A DNA stretch of 64,000 nucleotides, from assembly GCA_038496445.1 (NCBI GenBank), contig JALMLS010000612.1:1-64000 (forward strand), written 5' to 3'. Below, piece after piece: positions 39,367 through 51,315 of the stretch. The notes under the pieces were generated by a model. It did no database searches, was not told the origin of the DNA, and was given only the letters and a program-made list of their open reading frames with translations. The stretch's first letter is position 1, and each line of letters starts with the position of its first letter. This DNA is from Trichosphaerium sp. ATCC 40318 (taxonomy: Eukaryota > Protista > Tubulinea). Position numbers and translations under genes: made by a program.

Positions 39367-40062
39367 TTATTTACTTGTAGCACTATTTATACGTCCCCAC
39401 AACACCTTAATCCTACGCGCGTTAGCGCCAAGATCAGATCTACCAACTCGACTAGCTGAACGCGCATCAACGCGACAAACGCCTGCAATAACGAATCAGC
39501 ATTTATTTACTAAAAAATAAGCATCGCACGTGGCGATGTGTTTCAAACCTACAAAAAAAAAAGCGCATAAACAAAATAGGTACCTGGGCTAGTCTCTTTA
39601 ACTTGTACCACAGTGTCATCTGTAAATTTAAAAAAGGAGGTCACAGCAGTAAAGTAGGCAGTGTGTTTATCTTCTTGAGCTGATTCAAGCGTCCATTTTT
39701 CCTTGGGCGTTGATTGTTTTATTGCTTGCAGTACAGCTAAAAATCAGTTAATGTATGCGTACAGCGAGAGGAAAAGGAGTATTTGTGTGCGTTTAGGGTT
39801 GTTTTCTATGCTTGTTAACAATACGGTACGCACCATTGAATACAGCATCTGCAGAGCCTTTTACGAACAGTGGCGCCAGTTCTGGGTGTTTTTTCTTCTG
39901 TAGCATAACGTTTTTGGCTGGAAACGACTTATTTTTATGTGGAAACGCGATAGGCGCGTCAGGGCATGTCGTAACGTCATTTATAATAATCATATTGCTT
40001 CTGAGTATAACTAATGCTAGTACAACTACAAGCATCGCAAAGCCATACATGAACCATTCCAT
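39367..40062 (-). CDS. DUF1499-family protein with N-terminal TM (3 exons)
   Basis: INDVTT.P..P, FKFTDDTVVQV and RVDARSASRVGRSDLGANARRI (DUF1499 signature). Confidence 0.85.
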
Positions 40063-40387
40063 CACTAAATATATTGAATGCTGACCTTTAAACAAAACGT
40101 GAGTCTGTTTGACGAACTGACAAGTACGGTCTTTGTGGTTAAAAATCTGTTGATTCCCAAAAATAATGTGAAAGTTCACTCACCGTGCCACAGATTTCAG
40201 CCAGTCGAGTTGTAAAATAGGTTGATACCTTGAACAGCAATCACATACAACACCATTTTACAATGGTAAGTGCAGTTGGTTTACGTAATTGACTTTCAAA
40301 GACATCAGCAAAAAAGGGTAAAACAATCATTGTTCCTTTTTCTCCTCATCAAGTTTATCTAATCGACGCTTTGTATCACGACCAAAT

Positions 40388-41754
40388 ATGAATATATTTT
40401 GTTGTTGTTGTGGCGTTGAAGTTATAAGAGATAAGGAAAAAGCAGACGATAAGATCATCTTGACAAACAAAAAAACACGGTTAAGGGTAAGTTGTAATCA
40501 CGTGATACTCTTTTTGAGGTTCTTTTTCCTCGCTTTGTACTTTGTGTAGTAAATTTTTACAAGGAAATTGACGCCGAAGATGACGCTTATATGAAGTCTC
40601 ACAGGACAATGGAAACGTCTTCCGAAGATAAAGTTTGCTGGTAATTCTTTTTTTGTAATTCTTTTTCTTTTTCTTTTTTTTTTCAAAATTTCGCACGCAA
40701 ACGTTCTCTCTCTTCACGTGCTATGCCTTTTAATGCTGAAATAATTTTCTTAGTGTTTTTTTGTATTAAAAGGTACACTGTAGGTTACGTAAGCTACCAG
40801 TGGACGTCCAGCATGTTGTGTTCAATGTCGATAAGGAAGTACGCAAAAACAACCAAAAAAAAAAAACGTTTTCAGTCTCAAATTGCCAAAAGATATTCGA
40901 AATTCCTGGCGAGATCACGTGTGTAGTGATTTTTTGAGTCGGTCGTCGTTTTTTAACTACGTCACAACGCTGTTTGATTTATTTCTTTGCGAAATATAAC
41001 GAGCGTATTGTACAATCAAATCTTTAGCGTGACACAAAAACTTGTACAAAAATCACGTGACCCTTTTTTTTTTTTTTGATTTTTTGGAGCGTTTTCTGAA
41101 ACCCTCTTTTAGATTTTCCTTAAATGGCCTGTCTTATGTTCAGAGACTGCTCAATCATCTCGTTTTATAAACAGCTTTGATACATACGAGAAATTTGGTC
41201 TATGGAAGCGGTTCAAAGGAGATTTACTGATAGAATCACAGTGGTTTAATGGAAACAGAAAAGAAGGAGAAAGAAGAGAATGGGATGAAAACGGATGCTT
41301 GAAGGTCATTGAAAATTACGTAGGGAATAAACGTGAAGGTATTCAGAAGAAATATCACGAGAACGGACAGATGGAGACACATTGTTCTTTCAAGAAAGGA
41401 AAAATGCATGGATCTTTCAAGCAATGGTCAGAAGGAGGTCAGTTATTATGCCAATGCTCTTATAATGGTGGACTAAGAGATGGTGAGTATACAGAGTGGT
41501 ATGACGCACATATAACAAAAGCACCTGAGAAACCATCATTGTCTTCGTCTTCTATTGATGATAGCATTTCTGTTTCTGTTTTTTCTGATGAAGAGTCTTT
41601 CGCAACTATCATGACTGAGAGTGCATACCCTATGCAGATTAAGAAACGTGTATTTTATGTATATGGTATGAAAGAAGGTGAAGGAGAGTACTTTTTACCA
41701 AACGGAGAATTAGAAAAGCGTGTCATGTACAAACACAATGACGTTGTCATGTAA
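40388..41754 (+). CDS. MORN-variant repeat protein with F-box-like segment and N-terminal Cys cluster
   Basis: MNIFCCCCG...WLRKLPVDVQHVVF...; repeats G.REG...Y.ENG / GKMHGSFKQWSEGGQL. Confidence 0.78.
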
Positions 41755-41843
41755 AAAAAAAAAAAAAAAAGGAATTCTTTCAGATAATAATATGTAACTA
41801 TCCAGTTTATTTATTTACAATCAATAACACTTTATGACAAGTT

Positions 41844-44800
41844 TCAGCTTGTAGTTTCTGATACTTCACCATTAACGTCTGTTTTTGTTTCTACCATGTC
41901 ACTCTTGTTATCAACATCATTAGTATTCCCACCCTCGTTTGTCTCACCACCAGCATCCTTACCGCCTTCATTAGTTTTAGAGTTATTACTACTTTCCTCA
42001 TTTGCGTCTACACCGTTAGTAGAGTCATCAAGCTTTACTTGGGGTTGGACATCAGAAACAATGGTTTCATCTCCACTTTTATTTCCATTCACGGTTGTCG
42101 TTGTTTCGGCATCCTTTGCTCCTTCTTCATCATTGCTTTCCTTACCCCAAGAACGTGGTATTTCAGGTGGTTTTGTAAGTACAACAGTCCTTGGTCTCGA
42201 TTTCAATTTAGGCGAAGAATTAATTAGCGTATTGCCTTCAATAACAGGTGCGTGAGTCACTTCTTTGCCATCAACATCACCGTTTACTGATATCTCAGAC
42301 TTACTCGCAGGCGGTTTACCTTCTAGAGTACATATTTTGTCTTTGAGGGCAGCATTTGTAGCCTCCATAACAGTAAGACGCGCTTCAAGATCATTAAGCT
42401 TTTTTTTCATTTCTGTCGCTCTGTTGGTTTGACGCATATACTTGCTCAGTAGGTTCTTATCGTGTCGTAAAAAGTATGAGGACCACACCTCCAGTACAAG
42501 TAGGGAAGTGTTTGGTATTATAGCCACAGGAGCAGGAGATACACTAGTCAGAAAATAAACAAAGTTATAGAGAACATTTTTGATTTGTTTCTTCAAAAAC
42601 ATCACGTGATTTACAACAAAAATTTTGGTGTAGGACACAAAAAAAAATATGGCAAAGGTTTCTCGCAAGAAACCTAGGAGAAGATTTGAAAAAAAAAACC
42701 GCCGTACAAAGCATTATTGCGAAGATTGGAGTCTTTAACAGGAGGGCTGTACATCGGGTTCTTGAACCTATAGCGGTGAGATAATGTGCTACTTTAAGCA
42801 AAGAGAAATATGACATACCTTTGAAAACCGCTTTTTCTGTGTAGGTACGTCCAAAGTGAATTTGTGTATTCACGCACCTATTTTGAAATTAAGCTTTTTT
42901 TGCACTGGTGGGAAAACTGTTGTACAGCTTACCTGACAGATAGAACGCTCTTTGGCGTTATTTACAAGGAATGTACCGAATCGCAAACAATGTGCTTCAT
43001 CAATGATAGCTATCAAAAATGTCTCATTAAACTCAAAAGCAGCTGGGAACTGTTTCATAAGCTACCATAAAAATTAGATTGTGAAGAACCAACTGGGTGT
43101 AATTTGACAACACTCAAGTCGTACTTGATGGACACAGTCTAAAAATTGCAAGAAAACAGGAGATTCTTCAGTATCATCAGCACGACCATTATGACCTACA
43201 AACCAAAAAAAGACAATGAGTAAACTGTTTCTAGTTTTTTGTTTTTTGTCGTACCAAGCCTGTTTCTAAACTTGTGACCAATTGTTATCCACTCCTTTTC
43301 TACTAGTATACAAAACCCTGTGATTGACCTGAAAAAACCTTAGCAAAGCAAACAATAGCAAACCACAAAGCCAATGAGTACCGATAAAAAGGGTCAAGCA
43401 TCAACATTGTTAAAGAGCACGTCTGAGATGTACGGTCCCAACCATCGCTACAATGTACCAAAACCGATACAGTATCAGAAAGTAAACGACATGCAACAAC
43501 TGCGCTGTCAAGCACCCTAAAAGAATATCAATGATTTATTTATTGTAAACAGAAAAAAACGACGTACATTTTTACATGTGAGAGCCACGCAGAGTTTTCT
43601 ACTTTAGTGTACCACGTCGCGTCATTTCCTTTCAAACCGTCTTCAACAGCTGCACGCATATCTGAAAGGCTATTTCGCATAACGTGAATATTTTGGATAC
43701 CTTCAAACGAGTGTTATTAAAGATACTATGCACTTGTTCACTAGATAAAAAAGTCGTACCTTGAAATAACAGTTTAATGTTTTTGTAATTGCTCGAAGAC
43801 TCATAGCCTGATCCCATTGCTTGATTCGCCATTGCATTCACACTTGCTCGTCTATCAGTACGCGATCGAATAGTGTCATATATAATATATGTGATATAGA
43901 AGAGGTTACGCACCGTGGTCTACTATCAAGGACAAACAGAGGTTTTGTTGTATTTTTATTAGCACTCCAAATGCAACTGTCATAAAATCCTTAGCAGTTA
44001 CGACACTAATCGATTTGGTACCTTAACATAAATTCATCTTCTGTAGATCTCTTATTTGAAACACCCACTCGAGGTTGACTACTCCTACACAAGGCAGCCT
44101 AAACAGAATTTAGCAAATATCCAATTGTTTAAGCTTTGGTTTACCTTCGTCTTTGGATGGATCCAACTCAAAATAGGCGCCCTTCCTTTCGTTCTAAAAG
44201 CCACTCCTTTGCCAAAACTTGCATCCCCAACTGTGCTTGGAATGAATAGTATTTGAGGATACGTCTACAAAAAAAACTGTTAAGAAAGGATAATTTTCTC
44301 GTGTTTTCAAAACAAACTAACTTTACAAGTAGTGAAACCTTCGTTTATATTTGTTTTTCGCCATTTCTTGTCGTTATAAACACCAATACGCGTGTACTCC
44401 CTTTAAAATAATAAGCACGTGGTTCATCCACTAAGAAGTAAAAAAACACGTACTTTTCGATATCGTAAATGCTCCATCCATCAATGTTTACATTACAATC
44501 ACTCCTTAGCGTCGTTTGTGTATTTGAAGTCTCTACAATACTAATTTTTAGAAAATGTCACTATGTATCACGTGATTGAAATACCCATTGTTGTTGAATG
44601 CTTCCACTTTGGTCTGAAAAAATAAGCAAACGTTGTTCTTGGGTCAACTGGAACTGACAAAGATACAATTCGGTCCTGAAATAATTTTAGCACGCTAGTG
44701 ACTCCATAAGTTGTACTGCACCTTCAAGCTATTCCTTTGTTTATCACCTGTGCACATCAACCTAAAACTTGGCCTAAAATCCTTGCGATGAACAATAAGA

Positions 44801-47800
44801 CCTGTGGAAGTCTAGGATAGAGTTAATAACCAAAAAATAGCCATCTTTTGGTTGTACCCTCTCTACTTTTGCCACCATACCATGTTGTACCAAACTATAC
44901 TCTTTGGCTTGTGCTTGACGATTATGTACAATAAAAACAAGTTTGTAATTCGTAGCAAACAAGGTGCCTAACGCCGTCAGTCAATCTGTAAAACGGCCAG
45001 AATAATATTGAAAAAAAAAGTAAAATTACCAATCTCACGACGTCCAAAAATATACTTTACGTACCTAGAACGCCTGGAGGTTTCGTGTAATATGATATAC
45101 CATGCTCCCAGAAAACGACTTTTTCACCTATTCGTGTGAGATGTATAGAGGAAAACGAGAAAAAAAATCAAAGATTTTTAGGTCCGTTGATTAAAATGTC
45201 ACATTTTGTCTGTTTTTTATGTTACCTTGTAACATGACATTCTTTGGCGTTACCAGTTGGCTGTAATAGTCCGCTTCTCTATTTTCGAGGCGCGTGTGCG
45301 CGTTTGGCTTTGGTTGTGTATTAGCTCTTGTTCCCTTTGGAGAGAATATAATCTTATGGCCTTTTACGCGTTTTAGTGTCATTTGTTATTTAAAATGATA
45401 CACACGCACCTGAAACGAGTACTTCGTGGTCAGAAACACGATAAACATCATTTCCTAGCGGTGTGCCAAACCGTCTGCCAACAGGAAGCTCATTTAAAGA
45501 GAATAATATTTTACCAGAGTCTGGCTTGTCTGCATCTGCTACTTCAGCGCCCTGTATACTTTAAACACAATTATACGCGTATACGAAAATTTCATACCCT
45601 ATTCGCAAGCTGTTGTGCGTCAGCGAACAGCAGATGCTCATTTTCTTTGGTTACATCAGCCATCCGCAGTTGTGGATTGTTTAGGACGGCTGGAACAGAT
45701 TTGACTGTAGGAATCGTTTACCAACTTCATTCAAAATTTGTTGTTTTTATTTTCTACTGAACATTGATTTTCTTTTTTCTTTGGTCACTTTTTGAGTGGT
45801 ATAATGTTACAAAGGGTTAAGTAATTATTTACATTTTACATTTTCTGGGTTTCCGTACTCCACTCTTTTCTACAACCGCTCATTTTTGCAAATTTTATCC
45901 GATTTTCTAGGTGAAGAAAAAAGCCAAACTACAGTTGAGATAAACTTTTTTGAAGCATCTTGATTCTTGGGTTGATGGCATTGTAATCAATACCAACTTC
46001 TTTTTCACTTGTAGCTATCAAGTTTATATAATTTGCAGGAAAGTAACCCATCTTGCCCTAATCAAGGTGTTAACCAAATAATACAAACAACAAAACGAAG
46101 AAACAGATTTTGGATTCTAGTGTCTTTCAAATTGAATAAAAAAAACGTACGTCACAATCTCCGTACCACCAACCATCACTATTAGTCTAAAAATATCACG
46201 TGAGAAAAAAAAATTATCACGTGGTTCAACATTTAAAACAAAAAGTGTATTACCTGCATGATCGTCACAATGTCGCCAACAGAAAGGTTCATCTCCTCAC
46301 TGCTTCGAGCAGTGTAATCCCATAATACTTTACCCTGTGACAAGTGATTACCAGAACCCTGTAAAGAATCGTAAGGCAAAAGTTTAGGTCAGGAAACAAA
46401 ATAGTACAATTGTAAATGTTCGTCGTTTCATTCTATTGGACTGTTGTCTTCTTATTGCAATAGTATTTATATTACCAGTAGAAGCAGCTTTTATGGTATT
46501 CTCCACTTTGGTAATTTCAGCCTTTTTATAAAGGGCGTCCCTCATTTGTTGTTTTTCTTTCTCTAATCTTTTAAATAATTCTAATTTACGCCTAAAACAA
46601 CACTCATTACTACCCAATCCAATGTTTTAATACAAAAGGCAAAGGATCTAAACGTACCTTTCACTTTCAGTTTCAGCCTTGTCTGCTTCGAGTTTAGCTT
46701 TTTCGGCCTCAACTTGAGCCTCAAACAGCTTTCTTTGTTCTTCAAGAGCCTATAACAACAAGTTCAATCAACAAAAATTCCTATGAGGAATAGTTGCAAA
46801 ACCAACAAAAAAAAAAATCGTACGCGTTTCTCTTCGAGTAGTTGACGCTGAGCAATTTCTATTTGAGTGTTCTAAACACCGCGTTATTCAGTAAAAAATT
46901 ATTGCTCCTCAAGAAATTTTTTGTTCTGTTTGGGTGGCGTACCACTCGAGTTAGAGCGATTTTACGATGTGAGCTGCCATCCACTGATTGCGCTCGTTTT
47001 TTCCCTTTTGTTTTAAAGAAGTTGAGATCAAATCGTCTGGATCTCTCTTTGCGTGGTTTTTTATAAGTTGATGTTGATGATATTCCTTCCTCTGCTTCTC
47101 GTTCCTTTCTTATCTGTTCTGCCCTTTACGGAGTGTCAGTGCCTCTTGATGTTGTGATCTTAGTAAACAAAACGCACCTCTTCGCCATAGAAACTGTAAC
47201 ACTGCCAGTTTCTGTAGTGTCACCTCGTGGCGTTGCGCCAGCAGTTTCTAAAAACTTCGTGAGCAAAAGTATAAAAAAAATTGAGTTCTAAATCAGTTCA
47301 TACGCGCTCTCGAAAGCTGTCTCTCTCTCTTTAATCTTTCGGCACGTTCTCTAAATTCCGTTACGCTAGTAAAAAAAACCTCGCTACGTACTTCCAGGAT
47401 TCTTTCTTGGGCGAATCGGCATTATACGTCAACCTTGATCGCGCTGAAACACTCTAAAAAAAATTTGTAAACATTTACGTAAAAAAATTAAATTCATAAC
47501 ACCATCTACACAGGCATAGCGTTTAAGAACAGAACTCAATGGAGTCCGGAGAATCAGATAATGCGCCTTACCTTTGAGTGAAGTGATAACGATCTACCAC
47601 TCTTCTTTGTCCTCTTTTTAGATTTCTTCTCCTTCTCTGTCTTGAGGAAGCTCGTAATCTTTGAACTGCTCACGGATCTCTTACGTTGATGAGTACGCCT
47701 TGCTTCAGTCTTGGACATTGGTTTTCTTGTCGGTAAGTTCGCGTTACTGTTAGAGCGTTGGTTAAGCTTTCGTTTATTTGTTTGCGTCAACTCTTCATTT

Positions 47801-48003
47801 TTCGGTTTTTCAGAGTCTCCTTCAACACGTGTTGTAGTATTCTCAACGGTAACCTCAAGGTCTGGAATTTCCACTTTAACTGGCGCTTCCTCGACTTCTT
47901 CGTCTTGCGGGTTAGTTTGGCCCTCTTCGTCTTTAGTAGCATCTACTTTATTATTGTACTTGGTTATATCCTTCCAAAACGCTAATTTTGATCGCACGGA
48001 CAT
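41844..48003 (-). CDS. Myotubularin-family phosphoinositide phosphatase with upstream SH3 domain
   Basis: Catalytic [26 protein letters not shown] and [10 protein letters not shown]; SH3 [17 protein letters not shown]...DGWWYG...GYFPANYI (46020-46340); C-terminal coiled coil. Joining all exons into one gene is inferred. Confidence 0.85.
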
Positions 48004-48326
48004 GCTTGCGTTATAGGCAAAGGCTGAAAATAAATGTGCACAGAATAATGCATTAAAACTTGGTACTTATACTCTACGTGAAGTAACTGCGCTAGGTACA
48101 TGCAATTTCGTCGCTAATGCGCACATACAGTGCTGACAAGCCAAACTTTTCGAGTACAACCCACGGAGACAACGGAGGAAAACAGATTCGCGTCATAACA
48201 GTACTGGACCAAATACGTCTGTTATGAAATTGTTGGACTGTAACTTATTTGCACTGTTTGATTTCATTTCGTCAATACTTAGCATCATTGCCGCGTCAGT
48301 TGTAGAAAAACGACTGAGAAAACAAA

Positions 48327-49449
48327 ATGAATACAGGAAATCGTTACCGCAATTCATTTGCCTGTCAGACGTGGGGAGCGCCACTGGTAGAGAAAACAAG
48401 CACAAAAGGGTATAACAAACATGTAAAGTCTGTAAAGTGTTTTCTTAACGTCTTTAGCAAAGCGGCAGGCTCTAAACGTAAACCTAACTATCTCAGACCA
48501 AAGTTTTTTAAAACTGGTACGCAATTGGTTTCAGACGCTCTCAATGCCCTCTTACGGTATAATTAGGCGTAGCGAGCCAAGCCAGCGGCAGTTCATACAT
48601 TGAGAATGGTAAAACAAAAGTAATGTGTTCCGTTTTCGGTCCACAGGAACTACCACAGGTACGTGATAGTTACCGCCACAAAGATTGAAGATTTGATTTG
48701 ATCTAACAAAAAGAAACTATTACACGCCATGTATTTACGTTTTACCCACAGGAATGGAGTACAAAGGCACAAATATCTGTAAATTTTAAATTCTGCGTCT
48801 TTGCCAAATCGTGCGTGGACAACGGACAGCAAATTCAATTCTAACCATTGATAAGCAAACGTGGTGAGTATCAACAAACAGACGAGGAAATTCGCTGTGG
48901 TCAAATCGTCAGACAAGCAGTAGAGGTACAAAATTGTTTTCTTTTTTAAATTGCTGTTAACGCGGATGCAATTAGGTGTCAGTAGTACGTGAAAAGTTTC
49001 CGAGGAGTTTAATTGAAATTGACATCCTAATTGTTGAAGAAGACGGTGGCGCTATTGCCACAGCCATACAAGTATGCTTGACTATAGACAAACATGTTTT
49101 TATCAATTGAAGTTTTTCTAACTTTATGTAGGCCGCTTCTCTTGCTCTTGCAGATGCAGCCATCCCACAATACGATTTAGTAGCAGCTGTTAGTGCTGTA
49201 GTGATTAATCCAGATAAACCTATAGCCCTTCTAGATCCAAATGCGTCGGAAGAGCGCGACCAAATAGCTAGCGTTATGGTGGCTTATATGCCGGGTATTG
49301 AAGAGGTTACACACGTTGTTACTACAGGTGACATGTCGTGTAGTACTGCTGTTGATATTCTAGACTTGTGTACATCTGGTTGTGGTAAGATAAAAGACCT
49401 AATGGTTACGTATTTGCTAGATAAAGCCAAGCAAACTCAAAAAAAATAG
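48327..49449 (+). CDS. Exosome RNase PH-like subunit (Mtr3/Rrp41 type)
   Basis: [61 protein letters not shown]. Confidence 0.88.
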
Positions 49450-49699
49450 TTAAAAAATACGAAAAAAAAAAGATAAATAAAACATTGTAGACCAATTACT
49501 CTTGTTTGTTTTAGTTTGTAAAAAGCAATGCCAAATCCTTAGCACATCTTTGTATTCTGAGAAGGATGCGAAAGATTAAAGAATGGCGCTTAGCAGTGTT
49601 GAACACTGTACGTAGGAATTTTTTTGGATGTTCGGTGAATGGCGGTCAAGAAAGTGGTGACGTACCTAATCTATTTCTCTATTCCACCTTAAACACACC

Positions 49700-51166
49700 A
49701 TGGCGGCTTCAATAGCAATACCTAATCTATCAGCACCAATTGACGACGAGGGATACACAGTCTCTTTTACTTACGACGATGACAAGGGATTCATGGAGTT
49801 TTTTAACACATACGGGTACTGTAGTAATGACAAGGGTTCTTTTACACGCTCTAATATAGCGTTTACGTAGGTTTGTCGTAATTCGCGATGTATTAACCCC
49901 AGAGGCCTGTGACGCCACTGTTTCTGAAATATATGATATTCTAGAAGGTAAAAACCTGCGGGGAGCAAAGAAATACGCCAAAAACCGTTTTGATAGACGA
50001 GACCGCTCTACATGGCAGTATTGGCCAGAGGGTGGCATCGAGCACTACGGGAGTATGCAAGTACGTACAAATGTTAACGTATTCAGTTAACACACCGAAG
50101 ACTTACTTTTTTTTTAGCGTGCCTCGATTTTTTCAAACCAATTTGTTCAGAATAGACAAAATCCTAAAATTCATGCAGTCTGGGCGAAGCTCTTAGGCGA
50201 TGACCGTCTTATCATCAACCATGGTATGTCAACTACACTCTGAACTATTTTCTAATTAATTTAAAACAAGATCGAGCATGTTTCTTCCGTCCTACGTGTA
50301 AAGTACCTGATGAGACAGGTAACACAACTGACAGGCCTAAATGGAAGACGAGAGCAAACCTGCATCTTGATTTGAACCCAAGCCAATACTTACATCCGAG
50401 TCCTAAGTTACAACATGGAGAACTAGACAACTTGACATATGACCGGATAAACAACTTTATTAACGAGAATAATGCACCTCACAAGTCTGACAAAATCAGC
50501 TGTCAAGGTTCTTTGAACCTTCTTGATAACAGAGACTATGATGGTGGGTTTCAGGTAGGCCAACTTTGTAACGATACTTTATTTGAAGATTGTCTTGTAA
50601 CTTTTCGAAAAAATGACCTTTCATTCGCTACCACCGGAGCAAAAACGGGCAGATTTAATGTTGCACTATTTATGCACTGTTGTGTACAAAAAGCGGCTAT
50701 TTTTCTTCAAATATTTTGTGGTACCAATCTGATTGTTTTTTTTGTACGAAGTGCGTTCCTGGATTTCATACGATTTTTGATGACTATTTTCGTGATTTCA
50801 AAAACCCTCAAAGACCATCAGTTTCGTTCCCACGTAACTCTCCTATACATAAGTACGGCCAACGTATATCATCTCGAAAAGGAAGTATGATAATATGGAA
50901 CCAGGTACATACTTTCTATCACGAAATTATTTTTTCATTGATAAATTATTAACACGCTCTAGACGTTACCTCATGGTTCATTGCCTAACAATAGTACCAC
51001 ACCTCGTGTAGCACAATTTATAAGATTATTCCGAGAATCAGAGTTAACAAGGTCATACACCCGCACCAAGAAGCGTGCTGCTCAAGTAAGAAAGTATACG
51101 TCAAAGCAACCAGTTTCGCCATTAGGTAAAATACTGTTCGGTTACGAAGCTGACGCAAACATGTGA
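49700..51166 (+). CDS. Phytanoyl-CoA dioxygenase-like Fe(II)/2OG oxygenase
   Basis: FFNTYGFVVIRDVL, LHLD (HxD), QGSLNL.D...DGGFQCVPGFH, GSMIIWNQTLPHG..PNNS..PR. Confidence 0.82.
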
Positions 51167-51315
51167 GCATGTAAAACAAAAAAATAAATAGTGTACAGTT
51201 CCCCAACCCAAATACCTGACGTTTTGTTACGCTGTAAATGAACATTCAACGCACTGATTTTTTCCTCAAGATTTTTTCAACAACGTTTATTTAGTTCAAC
51301 TGTTCAGTTTACAAC

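Noticed and set aside
39410-39480. GC-rich tRNA-like stem-loop (gcgcgtt...aacgcgc)
   Set aside because: It is the last coding exon of the DUF1499 gene (DARSASRVGRSDLGANARR) and has no T-loop consensus.
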